64,000 nt of DNA, taken from NCBI RefSeq assembly GCF_030028105.1, contig NC_092370.1, positions 126,382,221 to 126,446,220 of the forward strand, in the 5' to 3' direction. Origin of the DNA: Mobula birostris. Taxonomy: Eukaryota. Position numbers and translations under genes: made by a program. The notes under the pieces are model-generated. The model worked only from the letters and a program-made list of their open reading frames with translations, was not told where the DNA came from and did not search any database. How positions within the stretch are numbered: the first letter of the stretch is position 1; every line of letters starts with the position of its first letter. Positions 11,455 to 23,399 of the stretch are shown one piece after another.

Positions 11455-12195
11455 AGGTCTACCCCTAAGGCATAGAGGTCTGCCACTGGCATCTAGACCT
11501 CAGCTGTGTTAGGGCTACACAGGCTCTTGCAAGCTCTCGCCTCATTTCATTGGTCCTTTCAAGATTACCCATCACATCAATCCAGTCACTTACCATCTCC
11601 AGCTGTCGCCATCCCTCAGGATAACAACTAGCTTCCTCAAACCTGTTGCCCATGGGCTACCCAACCCACAGAGCCTGCACCTCCGAAACCTACGATGGTG
11701 AAAGGTGGTCCAGTGTACACACTTCACTGGTTGATGGATTCACGTCACGTGGAAGGGGTGTGCAGTATCTGGTCAACTGGGAAGGGTATGGCTCGGAGGA
11801 GAGATCTTGGGTGCTATCCAGTTTCATCCTGGACCATTGCTGATCAAGGAATTTCATTGGACCTATTTAGATCATCCTGAGCTATTGGGTGCCAGCTGTA
11901 GAGTGGTGGGTCCTGCCAAGCTTCACCCAGGTAACAGGAGTCCTTGCCACTCATTTCCAATTCATCATCTGCAGCCTGTCTAAACGCAGCTCTCATCCAC
12001 AGTCCTTGTTCACTCATTGAACCAATCAGCCTCAACCAGATACTCCTAGCCTTCAGTTACCTTGTTGTCGCCTTGTCAAGTTAAATGTCTGTTCTCTCTT
12101 GTTCCGTGGCCCCCTCATGTCTTATTATTTTTGCACTCTCTTCACTGAATCGTCTCTTTTTCTCTGCTTTTCGGCCAAGCTTCCCATTCCTGAGA
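11455..12195 (+). mobile_element. Chromodomain Gypsy (sushi-like) 3' remnant: integrase end, chromodomain, PPT and LTR
   Basis: [29 protein letters not shown] chromodomain; about 11910-12195 is the reverse complement of the LTRs at 40829 and 46596. Confidence 0.85.
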
Positions 12196-15100
12196 AGCTG
12201 GTGGATTAAAAGCCTCTTCTTATCAGGAACTACCAAATTGCCAATAGTACAGTCTGCACCAATGCTTTACATAGAGAATCTCAAAGTATTTTATCCCCAT
12301 TCTCAAACAGATCACACTCAGAATAGTTTTGCTGATCTATACATATACTCATTCAATGCATTTTACTAAGGGAAATCTAAATCATCAGATACAATGAATG
12401 TAGATAATAATATCAATAAATTAGGAATCAAATTGAACACATTTGTCCAGTATAAATACAAACACAAAAAGTATAGATATAATTCCAATTCATTCTAATG
12501 AAAAGATTAATTCAGTAGTTCATGTATTGAAGGCAATTGAATTGTAATTTGTTTTATGCCACTTAGTTAAAATCATACACTGCTGTCAAAATGACCTTTG
12601 AAATCCCTTTCCATTTCTTACCAAGAAGGCAATCTTGTTTCAATCCAACCTTTACCTACTGCCGAGATTCTGCAGACAGTAATTAGACAGAATTTTCCCC
12701 ACGGAGTTTATCCAGTCACCCCATAAAAAAACAATTAGCTGATTCAGACCAAAATCCAGATTGCTAATGGTTTCATAGCAGCATTCAGACTGTAATTTGT
12801 TTTGCTAATTGCTGCAATCGGTTTTGTTAAATTTGTGGAACCTGTCTCTGTAATATCACAAGCTGGAGAGTTAATGTGCTTTTCAGTGCTTTCTTACCCC
12901 TTCTTTAATTATTTCTGGAGTGCTAAACTGAGAGCTCTTCTAAATATGGGGCTCGTCAGATTCAAGTTTAATTCTTCAACATGGAATCAATTGCATTTGC
13001 TGCCTTGTGCTGATTGAGAGGTGGCATTGGGTAAACCATGTTCAGATCACATTTGGAAAGCTAAGTTGATGACAAATGGGGACAAAACACTAGATGAAAT
13101 TAAAATCACTTAATTCCCCACCCTGCTACATCAAGGGTTTTCTAACATTGCCTACCTAAAATTAGTCATTCCTTTCTCCAACATTAACAGATGGTAATAT
13201 CAATCAATAAATGTGCAGTTATTATGCCCTCATCGCTACAAATCCTTCATTGTGGATGTCATCACTTATTAACAGCTCAAGTATGTTAAGCATCGGCAAC
13301 TAGTACAAATGGTCATAATACAAAGGAAAGGGATTAGAAGTGAACAAAACAACTCTTTGACCTCTCAAGATCTTAAAAAAGGATTCCCTGCAGTGATCTC
13401 AAGACTTCTCTGGGCTTAGATAGTTGTAAGTTCTGGCCTTCACTTTCATAGCTTTTATGGCATCTTCTGTGCCCCTCTAAGAGATAATTGCCTTTTTGAA
13501 CATCCCCAGCATTTTGTAATTCTCTGCTTGAACATGGTTCTGTTGTTTGACGATGCACACATTAATCACTGATGCAATAAATGAGAATGTGAAAAAAACC
13601 AGGTCAAAGGAAGTTTGTAATTATACCAAGAAATTTCAGGCTAACCTAATTTATACAAAGATTACCTTTGATACCTTTCTCCAAGGTATCCCTCTGTACC
13701 ATTAAGGTGAGCTTGCTTACAGTTAAAACTAGAGGATTAAATTTAGAAGAGATTGTATTTCAAAAATAATGCAAAGTGCTCTTTGTTCTTTAAGACTCAA
13801 AAACAAATCTGTCACTTTATCTAAACTTGTGTCTAATATTACCCAATATGATTTAGTGTCAATCGTTAGACTCATGTGAAGTGTTATTGGTCGCTTCACT
13901 ATAGCAAATATGTTATATAAAGGCAATATATTATTTGTTGTTGAATGAATTCGCTTTTTATTCTCTTGGAACTTGCACTTTAATATGTACACACACAAAA
14001 TAGTAGCCAAGTAATCAATTTTCAATGTGTTTTAAGCAATGATCAATATTGTGGAAAGTCTGGGTAATAATATATGGGACAGATGCCTTCTGTAGCTCAC
14101 ATCCTTTAAATGTTACTGGCCTAGAAAATAAAACAAGTGGACCGAACTGCGAAGTGACAAAACCATTTAATTTGCTTCCGTTGACAGAAGAATTAAAGTT
14201 TCATTAAAGCAGTCAGCATGTTTAGTGAATTGTGGAATTCCTTTCGAAATAAAATCATTAACATTAAAATAATTTTGTTACAGAAACAAATAAATCAGAT
14301 TATGTCATTACAAAATGCTTGCTGAGTTGATTGGTGGTGTTTCCTAATTTTAAGCGTGCCGGTTTATCTCCAGAAATACGTAGCTGGTGTTTAACATTCT
14401 AATGGAGTCGTCTTACTGCTGATTGTAAAGCCACTAAGATACACTAAAGATTCAGCAAATGATCACTGATTAATCAAAACGACAATTACTATTACAGAAG
14501 GGAAGAAATTAAGAAAACATCATGGAAATGAATTGCAGCATAGATTTTATTTTTTAGCTGAAATAAAAGATCATTCATAGCCCAGAATAAATTACTTCCA
14601 ATGATAATGTGTTTCATTAATAAAATAATAATTACAATGATGTAAATTAATTTTCTTTCCATACTAGGATTTGAGACAGAATTGTGCAAAAATATGATCT
14701 TTATTTAAATTATTTTTGATGATTCTTTAAAAAAACTCAACTTAGTCTTTAGAGGTAATGTTTGCTGAAATGCAATTTTACATAATGTTGCACGCCTCAT
14801 GATTTTCAGTGCATGTTAGTAATGCGTTTTACAATGACAGAGCGAGATATTACAACTAATCTTGATACTATACTCCTTCACTAAGTCCGTGGATTTTCCA
14901 GTGGACATCAAGGCAGGTCGCTTTGCATGTGATTGGCTGCTAGCCGTAGTCTCCTCCTGACATTCAGCTACAATGGAACCAGGTGTGTAAAGCTGAGCAC
15001 AGCTGGCACATTGTTTAGTGCCAAAGATCAAGGGTAAAATTTCCCTCCTCTTCTGCAGAAATGTATTGGAAAATATACCACTTCTGATCATACTTGGTTT

Positions 15101-15454
15101 GAGTAGAGATAAAAGATCTTGATGCCATGGGGAATAGTATGAGTAAAGTAAATTTAACGTGACTCTGACTGAGAAGGGAAAAGTGTATCTGCTGTTGGAT
15201 TTGGTGAAAGGCAGCAAGAGTGAAGCTTCAAAGATAGCACAGAAAGATTAGACGATGATGAAAAATTTTATGCACATCTTCAATGCCCAGGGGACAATCA
15301 AATGCATTTACTCCTGGTGGGAATTATTGCAGCCAAGAACTTGATCTATTTCTTAGTGACTTGTTAAATTCACTTCCCTCAATGTGGTCTCATTTAATGC
15401 TCAGACATAGTTGGTCTGTTTGATAAAAAAAAACAAATCACAAGCTTGTTAACA

Positions 15455-15745
15455 GTTCTGCTGGACTTAAGATATAAGGAGAGGCTGGATAGAGTTGGAC
15501 TTTTTTCTCTGAAGTGATGGAGGTTGAGCATTGACCTCATAGAAGTATCTAAAATCATGAGGCACATGAATAAGATAAATGATCATGGTCTTTCTCCCTC
15601 GATATGGGACTCTAAAACGAAAAGCTTGGATTTAAGGTGAGAGTGGAAAGACTTAAAAGAGAGCTGAGGAGCAAGTTTATCACACAGAAGGCGGTGGGTA
15701 TATGGAGCCAGCTTCCCGTGGAGGCAGATACAATTACAATATACT
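15455..15745 (+). mobile_element. CR1 LINE 3' fragment
   Basis: ERLDRVGLFSL...DLIEVSKIMR; KFITQKAVGIWSQLP. Confidence 0.75.
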
Positions 15746-15934
15746 GGAAGATTTTTATCTTCTCTCCCTTGAGTAACAGCGATCCTTTTCCCTGGTGGTT
15801 ACATTGTATTCAAATACTACTTCTCAAAGTTCCGGATTATGAATTTGCATAGAATGAGTTCTTGATCTCACCCTTCACAGAAGTCCTTGGGGAATGGAGG
15901 AAGGACTTGAAAGGATTGCTCCTTGTTTGTTAGG

Positions 15935-16230
15935 TAACAGTACAGCAGAGAAACAGGCTCCTTAGCACACTGAGTCCATGCCAACCATTAAACACTCTTT
16001 TAAAATTCTCTTACATTAACCCTATTTTGTTCTGTTCTTGTTCTGGTCCATATCACCCCCTCCCAATTGATTTTACCTACTTACCAATTAACTTACCAAT
16101 GCTTCACATCTTTGGGATATGCGAGAAAAGTCAATCACTTGGACATGATCAGGATGTGCAGAAGCTTCATATGCACAGAAAGTGAAATTGGGATTGAACC
16201 TGGGTCACAGAAGCTATGCGGCAGCAATTT
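15935..16230 (-). mobile_element. Degenerate V-domain SINE
   Basis: GGATTGAACCTGGG (reverse B-box) and CATCTTTGGGATATG V-domain remnant. Confidence 0.5.
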
Positions 16231-16499
16231 TACTTCATTTTAACTTCTTCGTAATTCCCTGCAGAGTATTATATCCTGCATCAAAACAGAAAATACTAGA
16301 AATAATCATCTGGTCAGGCAGCATCTCTGGAGGGAGAAACAGAGTTAACATTTCAAGTCAACAAAACTTTTTTTCCCCCCAGTTCTGGAAACCATAAATA
16401 AGAAAGCAAGTTTAAAGTTGTAGAGGAACACCGAGGAACAGAGATAAGAGAACTGGAAGTATTTGATAGAGAGGGGACCAGAAGGGGACTGATTGACAC

Positions 16500-16845
16500 C
16501 TCTCTCCTCTCTCTTCGGTTGTCCATTGAAATCCGATGACGACGTCCACTCCTTTAACAGTGAGATCTTCAATGACTATACAGTCCTATCCTGGACCCAC
16601 AAGCTCTATTGCAGGTGGGACATGTATATGTGGTAGTGGTGGTGGTAGTTGTGGCAACCATGGCTACATTTCTCCTGACTCTCTTCTGCTGTCTTCTGGT
16701 TGTTCTTTCTATCTCCAGAATACGAACCCCGTCCCTACACAGTTGTCGCCAAGTGATATGGTCAGCTGCAACCTCCTCTGATCTTGCACTTCCTTAAAGC
16801 ATTCTTTATCTGATCCTTATAGCGCTTCTTTGACCTTCCAGCTGA
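16500..16845 (-). mobile_element. RTE-clade LINE 3' end
   Basis: Minus strand reads GRSKKRYKDQIKNALRKC...ADHITWRQLCRDGV...YTCPTCNRACGSRIGLYSH, then a short UTR and (GA)-rich tail; sits inside an older PLE tail (about 16280-16960). Confidence 0.85.
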
Positions 16846-16959
16846 GGTGCTGAAACCAGTGGGATCATTCGGTGATGGTTTGTGAATAAATAATGACATT
16901 TCTCTGGAAGTTGGAAATAGGAGAAAATGAACAACAGTGAAGAATTATCAAGAGAAAGG

Positions 16960-17290
16960 ACAACATAAGAACAGAACTAGATAGGAGCAGGAGTAGGAGA
17001 TCCTTCTATTCCCCCGTTAAATGGCAGATCTGCCCCAGGCCTCAAATCCTTTCTGAGCTAGTTCCCTCAATCCCCCAAAATTTCAAAAATATATCTAGCT
17101 CCATGTTAAATATCTCTAATGTACTATGCTCCACAATTCCCTGGGGCTCAAAATTCCAGTGAATCACTTCCCTCCGTAAGAAAAAAACTTCCACAAATCT
17201 CAGCCTTAAATGATTCACCTTTAATCTTGAAACTATGTTCGAAAACTGCAAACAGCTCAATATCCACCCTGTCATACTCCATTAGGATCT
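16960..17290 (-). mobile_element. CR1 LINE 3' fragment
   Basis: ACATAAGAAC...ATAGGAGCAGGAGTAGG reverse tail; FFLRREVIHWN motif. Confidence 0.6.
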
Positions 17291-18941
17291 TAAATCCTTC
17301 AATATTTTGTACAGTTCTTGTCATTTAGCTACAGAAAGGATATCATTAAGCTGGAAATAGTGCTGAAAGCTGGCAAGTGATCGGAATTATGGAGTTCTAT
17401 GGATCAAGCGGGCATTAATTCAAACAAGAAACAGTCCTCAAGAAAAACATGTTCTAATGTAAATTGTAAGCATGATAATTTTGAAATGAAAAGGACAGCT
17501 TTGTAAACAAACAGTACTATGTACAGAGCACAAGTTACACAGGAGGTGTGGTTTACAAACTCATATGACCATGAGATATTCTCATCCCATTGCCCAAACA
17601 TAAGACAATGGGGGTGCATCAAATTAGACATTAGATAGTAGCTAAATTATTTTGCACCATTGTGACAGAGATCAAAGACCAGGCCTGTTTTATCCCTTAG
17701 TTCTTCAAATATGCCTGGGGCAGATCTGCTACTGAATTGGATATTTGAACACTCAGAGAGTCAGCCCTCACAATACAAATTTTGGGTGAAATTAACAAGA
17801 AGTTGGAAGAGGCTCAGAAGGGAAGGTGGAAGACTGCAGTAGTGATAGGGATTCAATAGTTAAGGGAGCAAATGGGAGGTTATTTGGACGTGAAAGAGTC
17901 ACTCAAGTGGTATGACCTTCCAGGTGCCAGGGCCCAGGATTTTGCAGATATGGTTCACAGCATTCTCAAAGGGAAGGAGAGTCAACAGCCAAAAGTTCTG
18001 GTAGATATTGGAACCAATGACATAGTAGGGAATATGATTAAGGTCCTGGTGAGAGAATATCAGGAGCTATGTAGGAAGCTGACAAGGAGGACCTCAAGGG
18101 TAGTAATCTCAAGGTTGCTGCCAGTGCCATGCACTAGTGGAGGTAAGAATAGGATGATTTGACGGATGAATGTGAGGCCGAGAAATTAATGCAGGGGCCA
18201 GGTTTTCAGACTTCTGAAACATTCAGATCTCTTCTGGGGAAGGTATGGCCTATCAAAAAGGATGGACCACACTTGAAAGTGATGAGGACCAACATAATTG
18301 TCAGCAGAGCTATTGGAAAAGGTTTAAACTAGTTTGGGTGGGGTAGAGGAATCAGAGGATGGAGCAGCTGGTATACAGGTACATACAGTGTGTAGAGAGA
18401 CTGTGAGGAAGGATAGGCAGCTGATACGTCAAAATTGCAGTCAATGAGATAGGTTGAACTGTGTGTATTTTAAGTATCAGGTACAAGAGTGATAAGCATA
18501 GGGCAGTACATGGAACCACAGCATTGTGGCATTATGGAGACCTATCTGTCACTAGGGAAGGAACAGCTGCTGGGTGTTCCAGGGAGAAGGAAGGAGGTAA
18601 AAGAGATGGGAGGGTGACATTAATAATCAGGGATAGTATCACAGCTGCAGAAAGAGATTACGTCATGGAGAGATTGAGTCCATGTGTGTGGAAGTCAGAA
18701 ACAGGAAGGGTACAATCACTCAGTCACCACCCCTTGCCCCTATTAGTAACAGAGACAGCGAGGCTGATTTTGGAAAAGTGCAAAAAATTACAAACTTTTT
18801 ATCATGGGTGACATTAACATCCTTAATATTGAATTTTACCTCGCAAACACGAGAAAATCTGCAGATGCTGGAAATTCAAGCAACACACACAAAATGCTGG
18901 TGGAACACAGCAGGCCAGGCAGCATCCATAGGAAGAGGTAC

Positions 18942-18977
18942 AGTCAATGTTTCAGGCCAGGACCCTTCGTCAGGACT
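18942..18977 (-). ncRNA. Hammerhead motif, CpG-decayed at the cleavage site
   Basis: AGUC-CUGACGA-AGGGUCCUGGCCU-GAAA-CAUU-GACU. Confidence 0.55.
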
Positions 18978-19204
18978 AATTGAAAGAAGAGATAGTAAGA
19001 GATTTGAAAGTGGGAGAGGGAGGGGGAGATCCAAAATGATAGGAGAAGACATGAGGGGGAGGGATGAAGCTAAGAGCTGGAAAGTTGATTGGCAAAAGGG
19101 ATACAGAGCTGGAGAAGGGAGAGGATCATGGGACGGTAGGCCTAGGGAGAAAGAAAGGGGGAGGCGAGCCCAGAGGAAGATGGAGAGCAGGCAGAAAGTG
19201 GTTG

Positions 19205-19337
19205 NNNNNNNNNNNNNNNNNNNNNNNNNNNNNNNNNNNNNNNNNNNNNNNNNNNNNNNNNNNNNNNNNNNNNNNNNNNNNNNNNNNNNNNNNNNNNNNN
19301 NNNNNNNNNNNNNNNNNNNNNNNNNNNNNNNNNNNNN
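19205..19337. other. Assembly gap (133 N)
   Basis: Run of N at the same PLE 3' UTR position as the first gap. Confidence 0.99.
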
Positions 19338-20874
19338 GAGGAGGGGCATTAATGTAAGTTAGAGAAATCAGTGTTCATGCCATCAGGTTGGAGGCTACCC
19401 AGACGGAATATAAGGTGTTGTTCCTCCAACCTGAGTGTGGCTTCATCTTGACAGCAGAGGAGGCCGTGGGTAGACATATCAGAATGGGAATGGGACGTGG
19501 AATTAAAATGTGTGGCCACTGGGAGATCCTGCTTTCTCTGGTAGACAGAGTGTAGTTGTTCAGCGAAACGATCTCCCAGTCTGTGTCGGGTCTCACCAAT
19601 ATATAGAAGGCCACACCGGGAGCACCAGATGCAGTATATCAAACCAACCAACTCACAGGTGAAGTGTTGCCTCACCTGGAAGGACTGTCTGGGGCCCTGA
19701 ATGGTGGTGAGGGAGAAAGTGTAAGGGCAAGTGTAGCACTTGTTACGCTTACAAGGATAAGTGCCCAGAGGGAGATCAGTGGGAAGGTATGGGGGGAACG
19801 AATGGACAAGGGTGTCGCGTAGGGAGCAATCCCTGTGGAAAGCAGTGGGGGGGAGGGAAATATGTGCTTGGTGTGCTTGAATTTTACCTGTTCAGTGTAA
19901 AAGATTTATATGGAGTGAAATCTATTGAGTGTGTCCAGAACGGATTCCTATACAACACGTAGACAGGCTGACTAGAGGAGAATCCATTTTGGATCTGGTC
20001 AGGTGTCAGATCTCTCAGTGGGTGAGCATTTAGGTGGCAGAGACCACAACTTCCTGACATTTACCATTGTCTTGGAGTGAGGTAGGAGTAGAAGGTATGG
20101 GGAAGTACTTAATTAGGGGAGGGCGAATTATGATGCTATTAGACAGGAACCTGGGCATGTAAAACTGTGAATGGATGTAGTCACAAGTAGTCAGCATGGC
20201 TTTGTGAAAGGAAGGTCATGCCTTGTGAACCTGACTGAATTCTTTGAGGATGTGACAAAGCATGTCGATTAAGGTAGAGCAGTGAATGTAATGTACACAT
20301 ATTTTAGTTAGAAGTTTGATAATGTTCCCCATGGTTTCCTCATTTAGAAATTCAGGAGCCATGGGATCCAGGGAGACATGGTTGTGTGGATTCAGATTTG
20401 GCTTGCTCACAGAAACGAGAGGGTGGTTGTAGATGGTGTATATTCAGCCTGAAGGTTGGTGTCCAGTGGTGCTCCATCAGGATCTGTTCTGCGACCCCTG
20501 CTCTTTGTGAATTTTATAAATGACTTGGATCTTTGTAAGATTGCAGGTGATACAAAAGTTGGTGGAGTTGTGGATAGTGTAGAAAGTTGACGTAGGTTAC
20601 AGCGGGACATTGACAGGATGCAGAACTGGGCTGAGAAGTGGCAGATGGAGTTGAATCCGGCAAGATATGAAGTGATTCACTTCAGAAGGTCAAAGTTGAA
20701 GGCAGAATATAGTGTTTGTGCCAGTGTGGAGGAACAGAGGGATTTTGGGGTCCACACCGCACAACTGGAAAGAGTTGTTAAGAAGGTGTATGGATTGTTG
20801 GCCTTCGTTAGTTGGGGATTGAGTTTGAGGTAATGTTGCAGCTCTATAAAACTGTGGTTTAACCACATTTGAAA

Positions 20875-21100
20875 TATTATTTATTCATTTATTTGGGATA
20901 TAGGCCCTTCTTGCCTTTCCAGCAATCCCTAGCCTAATCATGGGGCAATTTGCAATGACCAATTAAACTACTAACTGGTATGTCTTTGGACTGTGGGAGG
21001 AAACTGGAGCACCCAGAGGAAACTCATGCGCACTTGGGAAGGAACATGTAAATGTGCTAAAAGAAGATGCTGGAACTGAGCTCCAAATTCTGACGCCCTG
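20875..21100 (-). mobile_element. V-domain SINE inserted in CR1
   Basis: GTCTTTGGACTGTGGGAGGAAACTGGAGCACCCAGAGGAAAC reverse V-domain; (TTTA)n tail at the left. Confidence 0.8.
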
Positions 21101-21924
21101 AGATTTTGTAGGTTCTATAGATTTTGGAATAAGATATCCGTGATGCTTAGTACAGTGTGTATGATTCTGGTCGCCTCATTATAGGAAGGATGTGGAAGCT
21201 TTGGAGAGGATGCAACAGAGATTTACCAGAATGTTCAGGATTTAAGAGCATGTGGGGAAAGGATGAGTGAGCTATGGCTTTTCTCTTTGGTGAGAAGGAT
21301 GATGAGAGGTGACTTTATCCCAAGGTGGAAATAACCAATATGAAGGGGCACAATTTTAAGGCGTTTGGATTAAAGTATTGTGGAGGTGTCAGAGGTAATT
21401 TTTTTACACAGAGAGTGGTGAGTACCCAGCTAGGTAGAGGAAGACACAATAATGGGATTTAAGAAACTCTTAGATAAGCAAAGAATAGATTGATCTGAGG
21501 GTACATTAAAAGATTGACAGAACATTGTGGGCCAAAGGGCCAGTGCTGTGCAGTATTGTTCTATACTATTTCAACGGGTAAGACAGCATTGGTGGAGGGG
21601 AATGATTTGGGTCATGACCCTTCATTTGGATTGAAAGGAAAAGGAGAAATAGCCAGTCTAAAGAGGTGAAGAGGAGAGATAGGGCAAGAGCTGGGAAGAG
21701 ATAAGAGCATCCAAGTGAGGATAGATTTATGGGTTATGGAGGGGTGGAGATACCAACAGAAACTTGGAGGTGATATGCAGGCAACCAGGTAGGTTGAGTT
21801 TGGAATAAGAGAAGGAAGGATGGTGAAGAGGAATAAAATAAGGGAGGTGAGGAGGACAGATGGGAACTGCATCTGGAAGGGACCAAGTGCAAGAAGTTTG
21901 TGGGTGTTGAGCAAACGGCGTACT

Positions 21925-23036
21925 TGTCATAAGGGGGTGGCTGGGAACGGACTTAAGTGCAAGACACAGACACTGAAATACTAGGGACAGGACCAGGATA
22001 CAGGGTGAGGGCAAGGACATGGACACGAAAACAGGGAACCCGGAGCAGGACTGGACAAGAGAGCTAGGAGCCCAGGCTTGGACTCCGAGCCAGAGACTGG
22101 ACAAGGACCCAGTACCTGGGTCTTGCCTCTGGCTCGGACCCCAGACCTAGGCAAGGACGAGGTTTGGCAGGCAGGCAGGACGAGGCTGGAGTCTTCGGGC
22201 TTGAGGCTAGAGGTGAGGCTTGGCAGGAGGCAGGAGGCTGGAGTCTTCAGGCTTGAGGCTGGAGACTTGAGGCGAGGCTTGGCAGGAGGAAGGAGGCTGG
22301 AGTCTTCAGGCTTGAGGCTAGAGACTTGAGGAGAGGCTTGGCAGGAGGCAGGAGGCTAGAGGCTAGAGACTAGAGACAAGGCTTGGCAGGAGGCAGGAGG
22401 CCAGAGTCTTCAGGCTTGAGGCTAGGCAGACTCCTCCTGGGCAGGGCGTGGTTCACCTGGGCAGGGCGCGGTACTCCTGGGCATGGCGCAGATCACCACC
22501 CGATGGAGGAATGGGACAGGAAGGGACAGAACCAACCGTAGGTAACGGCAAGACAGCCTGGTTTACCCGACGGAGGCAAGGGTTAGGAAGGGACAGAACC
22601 AACCATAGGTAACGGCAATATGGCCTGGCTTACCCAACGGAGGCAAGGGACAGGAAGGGAGTTAGGTATAGTGTGGCTCCAGGACAAGACTGCAGGTGAG
22701 ACAAGGTGAGAGTTACCAGCAAGACAAGGCAAGGCTTCAGGCAATGCAAGGCGAGACGAGAACTTCAGGTGAGGCGAGAGTTACTGGCAAGACAAGGCAA
22801 GGCTTCAGGCGAGGAAACAGAAGGCAGAGGAAGGGATACAAGAATTAAGGACAAGAACAATCCAGCAGCCATGCCCTGGTCTCTGAAGGTATTTATGCAG
22901 CCAGCCCCAACGAACATCAGCTGCCTCAATTAGAGCTCAACAAGAACAGAAACAGGGTAGACAGGAAAACCTGGAGTGAGGGTCGATGGACCGGACCGTG
23001 AACTGAAATACGGACTTCATGGACTGGACCATGACA
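21925..23036 (-). mobile_element. Solo LTR (Gypsy-type), 1112 bp
   Basis: TGTCAT...ATGACA termini; perfect 5 bp TSD GTACT at 21920-21924 and 23037-23041; TATA-like GCATAAATACC on the minus strand near 22890. Confidence 0.9.
22165..22425. repeat. Tandem ~51 bp repeat inside the solo LTR
   Basis: Unit GGCTTGGCAGGAGGCAGGAGGCTGGAGTCTTCAGGCTTGAGGCT(A/G)GAGACTTGAGG repeated about 5 times with variation; further short duplications at 22520-22660 and 22690-22810. Confidence 0.85.
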
Positions 23037-23042
23037 GTACTT

Positions 23043-23258
23043 CCATAAGACCATAAGATATACGAGAAGATATAGGCTATTCAGCCCATCTGCTCTACCA
23101 TTCCATGATGGTTGATCCAATTTTCTTCTCAGCCCCAATGTCCTGCCTTCTCCCTATATCCCTTCATGCCCTTACCAATCAGAAATCTACCAACCTTTGT
23201 CTTAAAAATGCATTAAGACTTGGATTCCACAGCGGCCTGAGGCAAAGAATTCCACAAA
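23043..23258 (-). mobile_element. CR1 LINE 3' tail fragment
   Basis: CCATAAGACCATAAGA tail; NLWNSLPQAAVE-like motif. Confidence 0.8.
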
Positions 23259-23399
23259 GTAGGTGGAGGAGGGTAAAGGAAATGTAAGATTGGGTCTGGG
23301 GAGTTTTTGGAAGGAAAGATGTGTGTGAGAGGGCATGGATAGATCAGAAGGAGAGAAAGGGAAAGAGGGGAAGCAGATAACCTGAACCCAGGGAATCCA

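Larger units (their letters stand above)
18842..19876 (-). mobile_element. 5'-truncated Neptune-group PLE with 13 bp TSD
   Basis: GIY-YIG ORF 19349-19675; complete 3' end at 18842; TSD TTGAATTTTACCT at 18829-18841 and 19877-19889. Confidence 0.92.
17830..21570 (+). mobile_element. Long degenerate CR1 LINE (ORF1 SGNH esterase, APE, RT), interrupted by a PLE and a SINE
   Basis: VVIGDSIV...LPGARAQD...IGTNDI...VVISRLLPVP esterase; IMGDIN APE motif; SQHGFVKGRSCL and PSGSVLRPLLF RT remnants; NWAEKWQMELN. Confidence 0.85.

Noticed and set aside
14816-15217. 133 aa minus-strand ORF
   Set aside because: Non-ATG start, no recognisable homology, composition like random AT-rich sequence.
16536-16797. 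Plus-strand ORFs with Gly/Cys or poly-Val stretches
   Set aside because: Antisense shadows of the RTE LINE C-terminus on the minus strand.
22165-22425. Repeat array resembling CRISPR or a repeat-protein gene
   Set aside because: No unique spacers, eukaryotic context, and it lies wholly inside a solo LTR.
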